Below are positions 1 to 15,040 of a DNA stretch of 64,000 nucleotides, in pieces. The stretch comes from the human T2T-CHM13v2.0 reference genome, Homo sapiens. Within the stretch, counting starts at the first letter, position 1. Each line of letters begins with the position of its first letter. Location: assembly GCF_009914755.1 (NCBI RefSeq), contig NC_060928.1. The stretch is one strand, 5' to 3'. The translations under genes and the position numbers were made by a program. The notes under the pieces were generated by a model that was given only the letters and a program-made list of their open reading frames with translations, ran no database searches and was not told where the DNA came from.

Positions 1-613
1 TTCTTCAACCATGGTCCAGATATCCAAAGAGATTGAAAACCAAAGGCTTATGTTTTCTTTTTATTTCATTTGGCTGGTTGAAACCTTACCCAATTTTGAC
101 TGACAAAAGCTCATTTATAATCTTATCTAACTTAGTGTAAATATTCATGTATTTTACTCCAGGGAACTTTATGTAATTTTTAATGTAATATTTGATTTGA
201 GGTGCTATGAAGAAGTCACGAAGATGTCATGTATATAGATTAAACGTTTCTCCATCTTTCTGAAATACGAATATTTGAAATTCCAAAACATACTTGAGCT
301 CCAAGTTTTCATATAAAGGACCGCGGACCTGTCCTTTCATGCTTAATCGAGGTTCTCAAGATGGTTCCCTTCACGTGCTATTTTCACTTTATTGCCTCCA
401 ATTCATCATTCAACTCACTCGAGCCTTGTCTATCAAAACAATTCTTGCTAAGGTACCATTTCCATGTCGACAATTCTTAAGCACATTTTCCATGTTTTCA
501 AACACTAAACTGGGAAGCAACATTTGACTCAGCTGATCATCCCTGCACTCCTGCAATGTTCCTCTTTCCCTAGGAGTCCAGGCCACTCTAACTTGTTTTG
601 CTCCTTTCAGGGA

Positions 614-2630
<2,017 letters not shown>

Positions 2631-3137
2631 TCATGAACACTGTGCATTTCATCCTCACTCCTGGCCTGTCTGTGGAAGAAGGATTCCCGAATGTATATAC
2701 AAACTCTACAGCTGCCATTGCTATAAGCCTGCATATCGAACGCAGTATGTGGAGCCTCCCTTGGATGTTTCATACACACCTCAAACTTTTTCTTGCTTCG
2801 AATGTAACTCATTATTTTCTTCCCTGTGCCCTCCTTCAACAGAATAACTAAACTAAAACTATTCTTTATCCATTGTTTTATTTGAAAATTTTAATTGAGT
2901 ACTTACTGGAAAGTATTCTAGGTACTTGGGATAGATAAGTGGAAGAGATAATTATGGTCTCTCTGCATTGAGAAAACAGGATTGCTAAATCATCTATATA
3001 TGTATATATGTAATCATCTATATATATGTATGTATGTAAAAATAAATTATGTACTCCTATCTCACAACTGTTTATAAGTGGAATGAAGTAAAGTAATGCA
3101 CTGCTGTGGTCAAAACATCTCTCCTGATTTGGATCCT

Positions 3138-3274
3138 TTTATCAGGTTTCTGTAGATATAATTGACAAAATCATAAATATTTAAAGTGTATAACTTGATG
3201 TTTTAATATACATATACATTGTGAAATAATCACCAGTCATATTTATTAACATGCCCATTACCTCACACAGGTAG
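3138..3274 (-). mobile_element. 3' end of an old L1MA-type LINE-1 (outer host of the nest)
   Basis: AGATATAATTGACAAA...TATACATTGTGAAATAATCACC...CATTACCTCACACAG resembles the antisense L1MA 3' terminus. It is cut at 3275 by the MLT2A LTR. Confidence 0.75.
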
Positions 3275-3713
3275 TGTGATGGTTAATACTGTGTCAACCT
3301 GATTGCATTGAAGGATGCAAAGTATTGATCCTGGGTGTGTCTGTGAGGGTGTTGCCAAAGGAGATTAATATTTGAGTCAGTGGGCTGGGAAAGACAGATC
3401 CACACTTATTCTGGATGGGCACCATCTAATGAGCTGCCAGAGCAGTCAGAATACAAAGCAGGCAGGAAAAGACTAGACTGCCTTAGCCTCCCAGCCTACA
3501 TCTTTCTGCTGTGCTGGATGCTTCCTGCCGTCGAACATCAAACTCTAAGTTCTTCAGCTTTGGGACTCGGACTGGCTTTCTTGCTCCTCAGTCTGCAGAT
3601 GCAGATGGCCTATTGTGGGACCTTGTGATCATGTGAGTTAATACTCCTTAATAAACTCCCCTTTACATATATATCCTATTATTTCTGTCCCTCTAGGGAA
3701 CCCTCGCTAATCA
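3275..3713 (+). mobile_element. MLT2A-type LTR (5' LTR of the HERV-L provirus)
   Basis: Starts TGTGATGGTTAATACT, ends CTAATCA, has AATAAA near 3650, and is followed by the PBS-like GATTTTGGTACC. Confidence 0.92.
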
Positions 3714-5949
3714 GATTTTGGTACCGGGGTAGTTCTAGAGAAACAGAATATTAAGGATGGAGTTCTTTCATTGGTTTTGGGGCTTCTGGAGTTTGCTGCT
3801 TAATATGATTAGACCCCAAAATACTAAGGACTCTACTTCTAATAGTATGGAAAACACTGAGAGTCCTTGGCATGAACCGTTTAGAGAGTTATGCAAAATA
3901 AATGCATTTGACACTCCTGATTCACTGCTCCTGAGAGGCAAGGAGTTTAGTGACTCTATTACATAATACCTTTGACCATATGTGGGGAACCAAGAAACAT
4001 AATGAAGCAGGTTGGTTGCTCCTGAGATCAGTGGACAAAGTGATAAAAGAAAATGTTGGACTCAGGGATTCAGACTCCCAGCCTCAGAAGCAGAGAGTGA
4101 ATCTCAAATCTGCTAAGATTGCCTTGAGTGAGTGTCTTATCTCCTGGAGAGAAAGAGCTGAAATTGTAGAAAAACAGACAAAAGATCTTATCATGCAAGT
4201 GGCTGACTTGCAATGAAAGGTACGTGCACAGGCTCACCAGGTGTCTACTGCTAAAGTGAGGGCATTGATTGGAAAAGAATTAGGACCCTGCAACTTGGTA
4301 TGGGGATGTATGGGAGGACCCTGATGAAGCTGAGGACACTGAGCTTGTAAACTCTGATGAAGCTTTTTTGCCAGAAGAAACAGCTTCCCCATTCCCAGTA
4401 GTGGCAACATCCCCTCCCTGACCCATGTTGCCATCAGCCTTTCCATCTTTGTCTGAGGAGATAAGCTCTGCAATGCCTGAGGCAGTTGCCAGGCAAGATA
4501 ATGTTGATTCTCCTCAAGAGCCACCACCAACACTCCTGTTTGCTTCCAGACCTATAACAAGACTAAAATCCTGGCAGGGCCCTAGGGGTGAGGTTCAGAG
4601 TGTGACCTATGTGCAGGTGTGCTACACTCAAAAAGAACTGCTTGAGTTTTCTAATTCATATATGCATTAATCTGGAGAACAGTCATGGGAATAAACATTA
4701 AGGGTGTGGGATGATAATGGAGGAACATAAAGTTGAATCAGGCTGAATTCATTCATTTTGGCCCACTAAGTAGAGATTTTGCATTTAATGTTGCAGCCTG
4801 GGGAATTAAAAAAGGTTCTAATAGTTTATTTGCTTGGTTAGCTGAAATATGGATTAAAAGATGGCCCCCTGTGAATGAGCTGGAAATGCTTGATCTTCCT
4901 TGATTTAATGTAGAGGAAGGGATCCAAAGGCTTAGGGAGATTGGGATTGTGGAGTGGATTATTCACTTTAGATCTACTCATCCCAGCTGAGAGTGTCCAA
5001 AAGATATACCCTTGACCAATGCTTTGTGAAATAGATTTGTGAGGGCAGTACTTGCATCTTTGAAGAGCCCTGAAATTGCCCTTCTCTATATGTAAGATCT
5101 AACAGTGGGAACCACAGTCACTCAACTACAAACTATAAATACAATGAGAATAATTGGATCTCCAGGTGTCAGGGGCCAAGTGGCAGCACTCAGTCATCAA
5201 AGACAAGGTGAGTGTAACTACCATAATGGATAGAAGAGGCAAAGCAGTAGTCAGAATACTCTGACTCATGTAGAGCCCTGGCACTGGCTAATTAATCACA
5301 GTGTTCCTAGAAGTGAAATTGATAGGAAGCCTACTGCATTCCTACTTAGTTTATATAAGCAGAAAACTTCTAGGTCAAATGGACAAAAAACTAATTCAAA
5401 TTATAGAAACAGAGAATCATTGCCCCTCAATCAATTTCCAGACCTGAGCCAGTTTACAGACCCAGAACCCCTTGAATAAAGGGGAGGCTGGATGCTCTTC
5501 AGATAGAACCCCACTACACTGCTGACAGTTTATGCTGTTAATCTTTCTCCCATCCTTCCCCAATAAGACCTCTGGCCTTTTACCAGGGTAACTGTGCATT
5601 AGGGAAAGGAAAATGATCAGACATTTCAGGGATTACTGGACACTAGCTCTGAGCTGAGGTTGATTCCAGTAGACCTAAAACATCATTGTTGTCCTCCTGT
5701 TAAAGTAGGGGCTTATGGAGCTCAGGTAATTAATGGAGTTTTATCTCGGGTCCAACTTACAAGTAGGTCCCTGGAATTATCCTGTGGTCATTTCCCCAGT
5801 GCCAGAATGCATAATTGGCATAGAAATACTTAGCAGCTGGCAGAACCCCCACATTGGTAGGGTGAAGGATACTATGGTGAGAAAAGCCAAATGGAAGCCA
5901 TTAGAGCTTCCTCTATCTAGAAAAATAGTAAATAAAAAACAAGCTTGCA

Positions 5950-6563
5950 TCCCTGGAGGGATTGCAGAGATTAGTGCCACCATCAAGGACTTGAAAGACA
6001 CAGGGGTGGTGATTCCCACCACATCCCCGCTCAACTCTCCTATTTGGCCTGTGCAGAAGACAGATGGACCTTGGAGAGAGTGACAGTGGCTTATCATAAG
6101 CTTAATAAAGTGGTGACTCCAATTGCACCTGCTGTAACACGTGTGATTTCATTGCTTGAGCAAGTTAACGCATCTTCTGGTACCTGGTATGCAGCCATCA
6201 ACTTGGCAAATGCCTTTTTCTCCATTCCTGTCCATAAGGCCTACCAGAAGCAATTTGTCTTCAGCTTTCAAGGCCAGCAATATACCTTTACTGTCCTACC
6301 TCAGGGATATATCCACTCTGGCTTTGTGTCATATTTATATTTGGAGAGAGCTTGATCACTTTTTGCTTCCACAAGGTATCACACCAGTCCATTACATTGA
6401 TGACATTATGCTGATTGAATCCAGTGAGCAAGAAGTATCAAACACACTGGACTTGTTGGTGAGACATTTGCATACCAGAGGATGGGAAATAAATTGGATT
6501 AAAATTCAGGGACCCTCTACCTCAGTAAAATTCTTAGGGGTCCAGTGGTATGGGGCCTGTTGA
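5950..6563 (+). pseudogene. HERV-L reverse transcriptase remnant (frameshifted)
   Basis: WYAAINLANAFFSIP, VLPQGY and HYIDDIML are split over ORFs 5733..6083, 6044..6355 and 6156..6563. Confidence 0.9.
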
Positions 6564-7676
6564 GATATTCCTTCTCACGTGAAGAATAAGTTGCTGCATT
6601 TGGCCCCTACTACAGCAAGGAAAGAGACAAAATGCCTAGTGGGCCTATTTGGATTTTGGAGGCAATACGTTCCTCATTTGGGTGTGCTACTCTGGCCCAT
6701 TTATGAAGTGACCAAAAAGGCTGCCAGTTATGAGTAGGGTCCAGAACAGGAGAAGGCTCTGCAATAGGTTCAGGCTGGTGTGCAAGCTGCTCTGCCACTT
6801 GGGCCATATGACCCAGTAGATCCAATGGTGCTTGAGTTGTCAGTGACAGATAGGTATGCTGTTTGGAGCCTTTGGCAGGCCCCCATAGGTGAATCACAGT
6901 GGAGGCCCCTAGGATTTTGGAGCAAGGGACTGCCATCTTCTGCAGATAACTACTTTCCTTTTGAGAGACAGCTCTTGGCCTGTTACTGGGCTTTGTTGGA
7001 AACTCAACGTTTGACTATGGGTCATCAAGTCACCATGCAACCTGAACCGCTTGCCATGAACTGGGTGCTTTCTGACCCATCTAGCCATAAAGAAGTGGGT
7101 CGTGCATAGCAGGATTCCATTGTCAAATGGAAGCGGTATATACGTGATCGGGCTTGAACAGGTCCTGAAGTACATTACATGAGGAAGTGGCTCAAATGCC
7201 CATGGTATATACTCCTCCTGCCCTGCTTTCTCTCCCCCAGCCTGCATCAACAGTCTCATGGGGAGTTCCCTATGATCAGTTGACAGAGGAAGAGATGACT
7301 AGGGCCTGGTTCACAGATGGGCTGCATGATATGCAGGCGCCACCAGAAAGTGGACAGTTGTAGTACTACAGCCCCTTTCTAGGACATCCCTGAAGGACAG
7401 TGGTGAAAGACAATCTTCCCAGTGGGCAGAACTTTGAGCAGTGCATGTGGTTGTGCAATTTGCATGGAAGGAGAAATGGTCAGATGTATGATTATATACT
7501 GATTCATGGGCTGTAGCCAATGGTTTGGCTGGATGGTCAGGGACTTGGGAAAAGCATGATTGGAAAACTGGTGATGAAGAAATTTGGGGGAAGAGATGTG
7601 TGGTATGTGGATGGACCTCTCTGAGTGGTCCAAAACTGTGAAGACATTTGTATCCCATGTGAGTGCTCACTAATGG

Positions 7677-8270
7677 GTGACCTCAGGAGAGAAGGAATTT
7701 AAAAATCAAGTGGAGAGGATGACCCATTCTGTGGATACCACTCAGCCTCTTTCCCCAGCCACCCCTGTCATCACCCAATGGGCCCATGAACAAAGTGGCC
7801 ATGGTGGCAGGGATGGAGGTTATGCATGGGCTCGGCAAAATGGACTTCCACTCACCAAGACTGACCTGGCTATGGCCACTCCTGAGTTCCCAAGTTGCCA
7901 GCAGCAAAGACCAACACTGAGCCCTCCATATGGCACCATTCCTCAGAGTGATCAGCCAGCTACCTGGTGGCAGGTTGATTATATGGGAGCTCTTTCATCA
8001 CGGAAAGGGCAGAGGTTTGTCTTCACTGGAATAGACACTTACTCCAGATATGGGTTTGCCTATCCAGCATGCAATGCTTCTGCCAAGGCTACCATCCATG
8101 GACTCATGAAATGCCTTATCCACCATCACGGTATTCCACATAGCATTGCTTCAGACCAAGGCACTCACTTTACGGCTAAAGAAGTGCAGCAGTGGGCTCA
8201 TGCTCATGGAATTCACTGGTCTTACCATGTTCCCCATCATCCTGAAGCACCTGGATTGATAGAATGGTAG
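7677..8270 (+). pseudogene. HERV-L integrase (zinc-finger region plus catalytic core), truncated by a stop
   Basis: 197-aa ORF with WAHEQSGH, WQVDY and SDQGTHF...GLIE. Exactly 35 residues separate the second D and the E. Confidence 0.92.
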
Positions 8271-8479
8271 AATGGCCTTTTGAATTTTGAATTCACAATT
8301 ACAATGCTAAGTAGTTGACAATACTTTGCAGGGCTGGGGCAAACTTCTCCGGAAGGCCATGTATGCCTTCCGGATATCCATATATTGGAAGTCCAATATA
8401 TGGTACTGTTTCTCCCATAGCCAGGATTCATCAGTCCAGGCATCAAGGGGTAGAAGTGGAAATGGCACCACTCACCAAC

Positions 8480-8833
8480 ACCTCTAGTGATCCACTAGCA
8501 AAATTTTTGCTTTCTGTTCCCATGACATTAAGTTCTGCTGGCCTAGAGGTCTTAGTTCCAGAGGGAGGAATGCTGCCATCAGGAGAAACAACAACGATTC
8601 CATTAAACTGGAAGTTAAGATTGCCACCTGAACACTTTGGGCTCCTCCTACCTATAAGTCAACAGGCTAAGAAAGGAGTTACAGTGTTGGCTGGGGTGAC
8701 TGACCTGGACTATCAAGATGAAATCAGTCTACTACTCCACAACAGTGGTAAGGAAGAGTATGCATGGAATACTGGAGATCCATTGGGGTGTCTGTTAGTA
8801 TTACCATGCCCTGTGATTAATGTCAATGGGTAA
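8480..8833 (+). pseudogene. HERV-L dUTPase remnant
   Basis: IPLNWKLRLPPEHFGLLLP...GVTVLAGVTDLDYQDEISLLLHN in ORF 8315..8833, located after IN. Confidence 0.88.
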
Positions 8834-10945
8834 CTAAAACAGCCCAATCCAGACAGGACTGCAAATGGCCCAGAACCTTCAGAAATGAAGTTTTGGGTCA
8901 CTCCACCAGGAAAAAACTATGACCTTGGAGGGGCCAAGATAGCCAAATAGAAACAGGTCCGGTCTGTAGCTCCCAGCGAGACCAACGTAGAAGGTGGGTG
9001 ATTTCTGCATTTCCAACTGAGGTACCCAGTTCCTCTTACTGGGACTGGTTAGGCAATTGTTGCAACCCACAGAGAGTGAGCAGAAGCAGGGTGGGGTATT
9101 GCTTCACCTGGGAAGTGTACGGAGCCAGGGGACTTCCCTCCCCCAGCCAAGGGAAGCAGCGAGGGACTGTGCTGTCCATCCTGGGTACTATGCTTTGCTC
9201 ATGGATTTTTGTAATCCATGGATCAGAAGATTCCCTCATAAGCCTATACCACCAGGGCCCTGGGTTTCAAGCACAAGACTGACAACTGTTTGGGTAACCA
9301 CTGAGCTGCAAGAATGTTCTCATATTCCAGTGGCACCTGGAACTCCAATGAGACAGGAGAACCATTCACTCTCCTGAAAAGGGGCTAAAGCCAGGAAGCC
9401 AAGTGATCTCACTTAATGGGTCCCACTCCTAAGGAGCCCAGCAAGGTAAGAACCACAGGCTCGAAATGAAATTCTCACTGCCAGCACAGCAGCCTGGAGT
9501 CAGCCTGGGAAGATCCACTTTGATGGGGGGAGGGGTGGCTGCCATTTACTGTGTCTTCAGTAGGCAGTGTTCCCCTGACAGTGCTAAGGAGATTGGGAGG
9601 TTTGACTGGGCAGAATTCACCACAGCATGGCAAAGTGGCTGTGGCCAGACTGTTTCTCTAGATTCCTCCTCACTAGGTGCAGGGGTTCTCTGCAGGAAAT
9701 CCAGCAGCTCCAGTCAGGGGCTTACAGACAAAACTCTCTTCAGAGCACATTTGGGGAGGGGCAGCTGCAGTCGCAGGTTCTGTGGACTTAATCTTTCCTG
9801 CCTGCCAGCTGTGAAGAGAGCAGCTGATCCTGGCAAGGGGGATTCTCTCAGCACAGCACAGCAGCTCTGCTAAAGGACAGACTGCCTCCCCCTCAAGTGG
9901 GTGTCCCTGACCCTGTGCCTCCTTACTGGGTGAGACCTCCCAACTGGGGTCAACAGATACCTCATACAGGAGAGCTCCGGCTGGCATCAGGCAGGTACCC
10001 CCCTGGGATGAAGCTTCCAGAGGAAGGAGCAGGCAGCAATTTTTGCTTTTCTGCAGCCTGCACTGGTGATATTCAGGCAAACAGGGTTGAGAATAGACCT
10101 CCAGCAAATTGCAGAGACTTGCAGAAGAGAGGCCTGACAACAAGAAGAACAAACAGAAAGCAACAAAAACAACAACAACATCAACGAAAAGATGCCCCCC
10201 AAAAAACCCTATCCAAAGGTCGTCAGCCTAAAAGATCAAAGGTAGATAAATCCATTAAGATGACAAAAAAACCAGCACAAAAACCCTAAAAATTCCAAAA
10301 GCCAGAATGCCTCTTCTCTTCCAAATGATTGCAACACCTCTCCAGCAAGGGTGCAAAACTGGACAGAGAATGACATGGATAAATTGAAAGATGTAGGCTT
10401 CAGAAGGTGAGTAATAACAAACTCCACTAAGCTAAAGGAACATGTACCAACCCAATGCAAAGAAGCTAAGAACGTTGATAAAAGGTCACAGGAGCTGCTA
10501 ACTAGAATAACAAGTTTAGAGCGGAACATAAATAACCTGATGGAGCTGAAAAACACAGCAAGAGAACTTCGTGAAGCATCAGTAGCCAAATTAATCAAGC
10601 AGAAGAAAGGATATCAGAGTTTGAAGATCATCTTGTTGAAATAAGGCATGCTGACAAGGTTAGAGAAAAAATAATGAAAAGGAACAAACAAAACTTCCAA
10701 GAAATATGGGACTATGTAAAAAGACCAAAACTGTCATTGATTGGAGTACCTGAAAGAGATGGAGAGAATGGAACCAAGTTGGAAAACACACTTCAGATAT
10801 TATCTAGGAAAACTTCCTCAACCTAGCAAGACAGGCCAACATTCAAACTCAAGAAATACAGAGAACACCACTAAGATACTCCACGAGAACATCAATCCAA
10901 AAACACATAATCATCAGATTATCCAAGGTCAAAATGAAGGAAAAA

Positions 10946-10946
<1 letters not shown>

Positions 10947-10976
<30 letters not shown>
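10947..10976. repeat. (TG)15 microsatellite in place of the L1 poly(A) tail
   Basis: Read directly; perfect repeat abutting the L1 3' terminus. Confidence 0.97.
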
Positions 10977-10979
<3 letters not shown>

Positions 10980-11946
10980 TATACTTTAAGTTCTAGGGTA
11001 CATGTGCACAACATGCAAGTTTGTTACATATGTATACATGTGCCATGTTGGTGTGCTGCACCCATTAACTCATTATTTACATTAGGTATATCTCCTAATG
11101 CTATCTCTCTTCCCTCCTCCTACCCCACTACAGGCCCTGGTGTGTGATGTTCCCCTTCCTGTGTCCAAGTGTTCTCATTGTTCAATTCCCATCTATGAGT
11201 GAGAACATGTGGTGTTTGTTTTTTTGTCCTTGTGATAGTTTGCTGAAAATGATGGTTTCCAGCTTCATCCATTTCCCTACAAAGGACATGAACTCATCAT
11301 TTTTTACGGCTGCATAGTATTCCATGGTGTATATGTGCCACATTTTCTTAATCCAGTCTATCGTTGATGGACATTTGGGTTGGTTCCAAGTCTTTGCTAT
11401 TGTGAATAGTGCCACAATAAACATACGTGTGCATGTGTCTTTATAGCAGCATGATTTATAATCCTTTGGGTATATACCCAGTAATGGGATGGCTGGTTCA
11501 AATGGTATTTCTAGTTCTAGATCCCTGAGGAATCGCCACACTGACTTCCACAATGGTTGAACTAGTTTACAGTCCCACCAACAGTGTAAAAGTGTTCCTA
11601 TTTCTCCACATCCTTTCTAGCACCTGTTGTTTCCTGACTTTTTAATGATTGCCATTCTAACTGGTGTGAGATGGTATCTCATTGTGGTTTTGATTTGCAT
11701 TTCTCTGATGGCCAGGGATGATGAGCATTTTTTCATGTGTCTGTTGGCTGCATAAATGTCTTCTTTTGAGAAGTGTCTGTTCATATCCTTTGCCCACTTT
11801 TTGATGGGGTTGTTTGCTTTTTTCTTGTAAATTTGTTTGAGTTCTTTGTAGATTCTGGATATTAGCCCTTTGTCAGGTGAGTAGATTGCAAAAATTTTCT
11901 CCCATTCTGTAGGCACTCTGATGGTAGTTTCTTTTGCTGTGCAGAA
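10950..11946 (-). mobile_element. 5'-truncated L1PA4/5-like element inserted antisense into ORF1 of the host L1
   Basis: TATTATACTTTAAGTTCTAGGGTACATG 3' end at 10977; ORF2 C-terminal peptides (11182..11553, 11617..11916); AAAATGT duplicated at 10943-10949 and 11945-11951. Confidence 0.93.
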
Positions 11947-14900
11947 AATGTTAACAGCAGCCAGAGAGAAAGGTCAGGTCACCTCCAGAGGAAAGCCCAT
12001 CAGACTAATAGCCAATCTCTCAGCAGAAACCCTACAAACCAGAAGACATTGGGAACCAATATTCAACATTCTTAAAGAAAAGAATTTTCAACCCAGAATT
12101 GCATATGCAGCCAAACTAAGCTTCATAAGCAAAGGAGAAATAAAATCCTTTCCATTCAACAAATGCTAAGGGATTTTGTCACCACCAGGCCTGCCTTGCA
12201 AGAGCTCCTGGAGGAAGAACTAAATATGGAAAGGAAAATCCAGTACCAGCCACTGCAAAAACACATCAAAATATAAAGACCAATGACACTATGAAGAAAC
12301 CGCATCAACTAGTATGCAAAATAACAAGCTAACATCATGATGACAGGATTAAATTTACACATAACAATATTAACCTTAAATGTAAATGGGCTAAATGCCC
12401 CAATTAAAAGACACAGACTGGCAAATTGGATAAAGAGTCAAGACTCATTGGTGTGCTGTATTCAGGAGACCCATCTCATGTGCAAAGACACACATTGGCT
12501 CAAAATAAAGGGATAGAGGAAAATTTACCAATCAAATGGAAAGGAAAAAAAAAAAGAAAAAAAAAAGCAGGGGTTGCAATCCTAGTCTCTGCTAAAACAG
12601 ACTTTAAACCAACAAAGATCAAAAACAAACAAACAAACAAACAAACAAAGAAGGGCATTACATAATGGTAAAGGGATCAATGCAACAACAAAAGCTAACT
12701 ATCCCAACTATATGTGCACCCAATACAGGAGCATTCAGATTAAGAAAATAAGCTTTCAGAGACCTACGAAGAGACTTAGATGCCCACACAATAATAGTGG
12801 GAAACTTTAACACCCCAATGTCAATATTAGATCAATGAGGCAGAAAATTAACAAGGATATTCAGGATTTGAACCCAGCTCTGGACCAAGCGGACCTAATA
12901 GACATCTACAGAACTCCCCACCCCAAATCAACAGAACATACATCTTCTCAGTACCACACAGCATTTATTCTAAAATCGACCACATAACTAGAAGTAAAAC
13001 ACTCCTCGGCAAATGCAAAAGAACTGAAATCACAACAGTCTCTCAGACCACAGTGCAATCAAATTAGAACTCGGGATTAAGAAACTCACTCAAAACCACA
13101 TAACTACATGGTACTTGAACAACCTGCTCCTGAATGACTCCTGGGCAAATAACGAAATTAAGGCAGAAATAAATAAGTTCTTTGAAACCAACGAGAACAA
13201 AGAGACAATGTACCAGAATCTCTGGGGCACAGCTAAAGCAGTGTTGAGAGGGAAATTTATAGCACTAAATGCCCACATCAGAAAGTTGGAAAGATCTCAC
13301 ATCAACACCCTAACATCACAATTAAAAGAACTAAGGAAGCAAGAGCAAACAAATCCAAAAGGTAGCAGAAGACAAGAAATAACTAAGGACAGAGCAGAAC
13401 TGAAGGAGATAGAGACACAACCCTTCAAAAAAGCAATGAATACAGAAGCTGTGTTTCTGAAAAAATTGACAAAATAGATAGACTGCTAGCTAGACTAACA
13501 AAGAAGAAAATGGAGAAGAATCAAATAGATGCAATAAAAAATGATAAAGGGGATATCACCACTGACCCCAGAGAAATACAAACTACCATCAGAGAATACT
13601 ATAAACACCTCTATGCAAATAAACTAGAAAATCTAGAAGAAATGGATAAATTTCTGGACACATACACCCTCCAAAGACTAAACCAGGAAGAAGTTGAATT
13701 CCTGAATAGACCAATAACAAGTTCTGAATTTAAGGTAGTAATAAATAGCCTACCAATCAAAAAAAGCCAAGGACCAGATGGATTCACAGTGGAGTTTTTC
13801 TAGATGTACAAAGAGGAGCTGGTACCAGGCCTTCTGAAACTATTCCAAACAATTGAAAAGAAGGGGCTCCTGCTTAACTCATTTTATGAGGCCAATATCA
13901 TCCTGATACCAAAACTTAGCAGCGATACAACCAAAAAGGAAAATTTCAGGCCAGTATCCCTGATGAACATCGATGTGACAATCCTCAATAAAATACTGGA
14001 AAGCCAAATCCAGCAACACATCAAAAAGCTTATCCACCATGATCAAGTCTGCTTCATCCCTGGGATGCAAGGCTGGTTCAGCATACGCAAATCAATAAAT
14101 GCAATCCATCACATAAACAGAAACAAGGACAAAAACCACATGATTATCACAATAGATCCAGATAAGGCCTTCCATAAAATTCCGCATCCCTTCATGTTAA
14201 AAACTCTCAATAAACTAGGTGTTGATGAAACATCTCAACATAATAAGAGCTATTTATGACAAACTCATAGCCAATATCAAGCTGAATGGGCAAAGGCTGG
14301 AAGCATTCCCTTTGAAAACCAGCAAAAGACAAGGATGCCCTCCCTCGCCACTCCTATTCAACACAGTATTGGAAGTTCTGGCTAGGACAATTAGGCAAGA
14401 GAAAGAAATAAAGCACATTCAGTTAGGAAGAGAGGAAGTCACATTGTCCCTGTTTGCAGATGACATGATTATACATTTAGAAAATCCCCGCATCTCAGCC
14501 CAAAAACTCCTTTAGCTGATAAGCACCTTCAGAAAAGTCTCAGGATACAAAATCAATGTGCAAAAATCACAGGCATTCTTATAGACCAACTATAGACAAG
14601 CAAAGAGCCAAATCATGAATTAACTCCCATTCACAATTGCTACAAAGAGAATTTAATGCTTAGGAATACAGCTTACAAGCGGACGTGAAGGACGTCTTCA
14701 AGGAGAACTAGAAAACACTCCTTAAGGAAATAAGAGAGGACACAAACAAATGGAAAACATTCCATCCTCATGGATAGGAAAAATCAATATTGTGAAAATG
14801 GCCATACTGCCCAAAGTAATTTACAGATTCAATGCTATTACCATCGAACTACCATCGACATTCTTCACAAGATTAGAAAAAACTATCTTAAATTTCATAT

Positions 14901-15040
14901 GGAACCAAAAAAGATTCCGTATAGCCAAGACAATCCTAAGCAAAAAGAACAAAGCTGGAGGCATCATGCTACCTGACTTCAAACTATACTACAAGCCTAC
15001 AGTAACAAAAACAGCATGGTACTGGCACCAAAACAGGCAC

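Larger units (their letters stand above)
3714..8926 (+). mobile_element. HERV-L internal region (gag-pro-pol-dUTPase, no env), defective; 3' end and 3' LTR missing
   Basis: Colinear broken ORFs: gag-like (3757-5420), protease region, RT ([23 protein letters not shown]), RNase H region, integrase and a dUTPase downstream of IN, which is the ERV-L gene order. Confidence 0.95.
8927..15040 (+). mobile_element. LINE-1 (L1PA7/8-like) with intact 5' end; 5'UTR, ORF1 (about 10260-12276, interrupted) and ORF2 (12340-15040); 3' end deleted
   Basis: GGAGGGGCCAAGATAGCCAAATAG 5' start; ORF1p peptides (GKPIRLIANLSAETLQ); ORF2p EN and RT peptides ([31 protein letters not shown]); many stops and frameshifts; abrupt end at AAACAGGCAC. 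Confidence 0.93.

Noticed and set aside
8998-10289. Cluster of 70-160 aa ORFs on both strands
   Set aside because: They lie in the relatively GC-rich L1 5'UTR, where stops are rarer; no domain is recognisable.
12545-12648. A-runs and (AAAC)n in ORF2 as signs of extra insertions
   Set aside because: These are expansions of native A-rich tracts in the EN region, which is colinear on both sides with no TSD.
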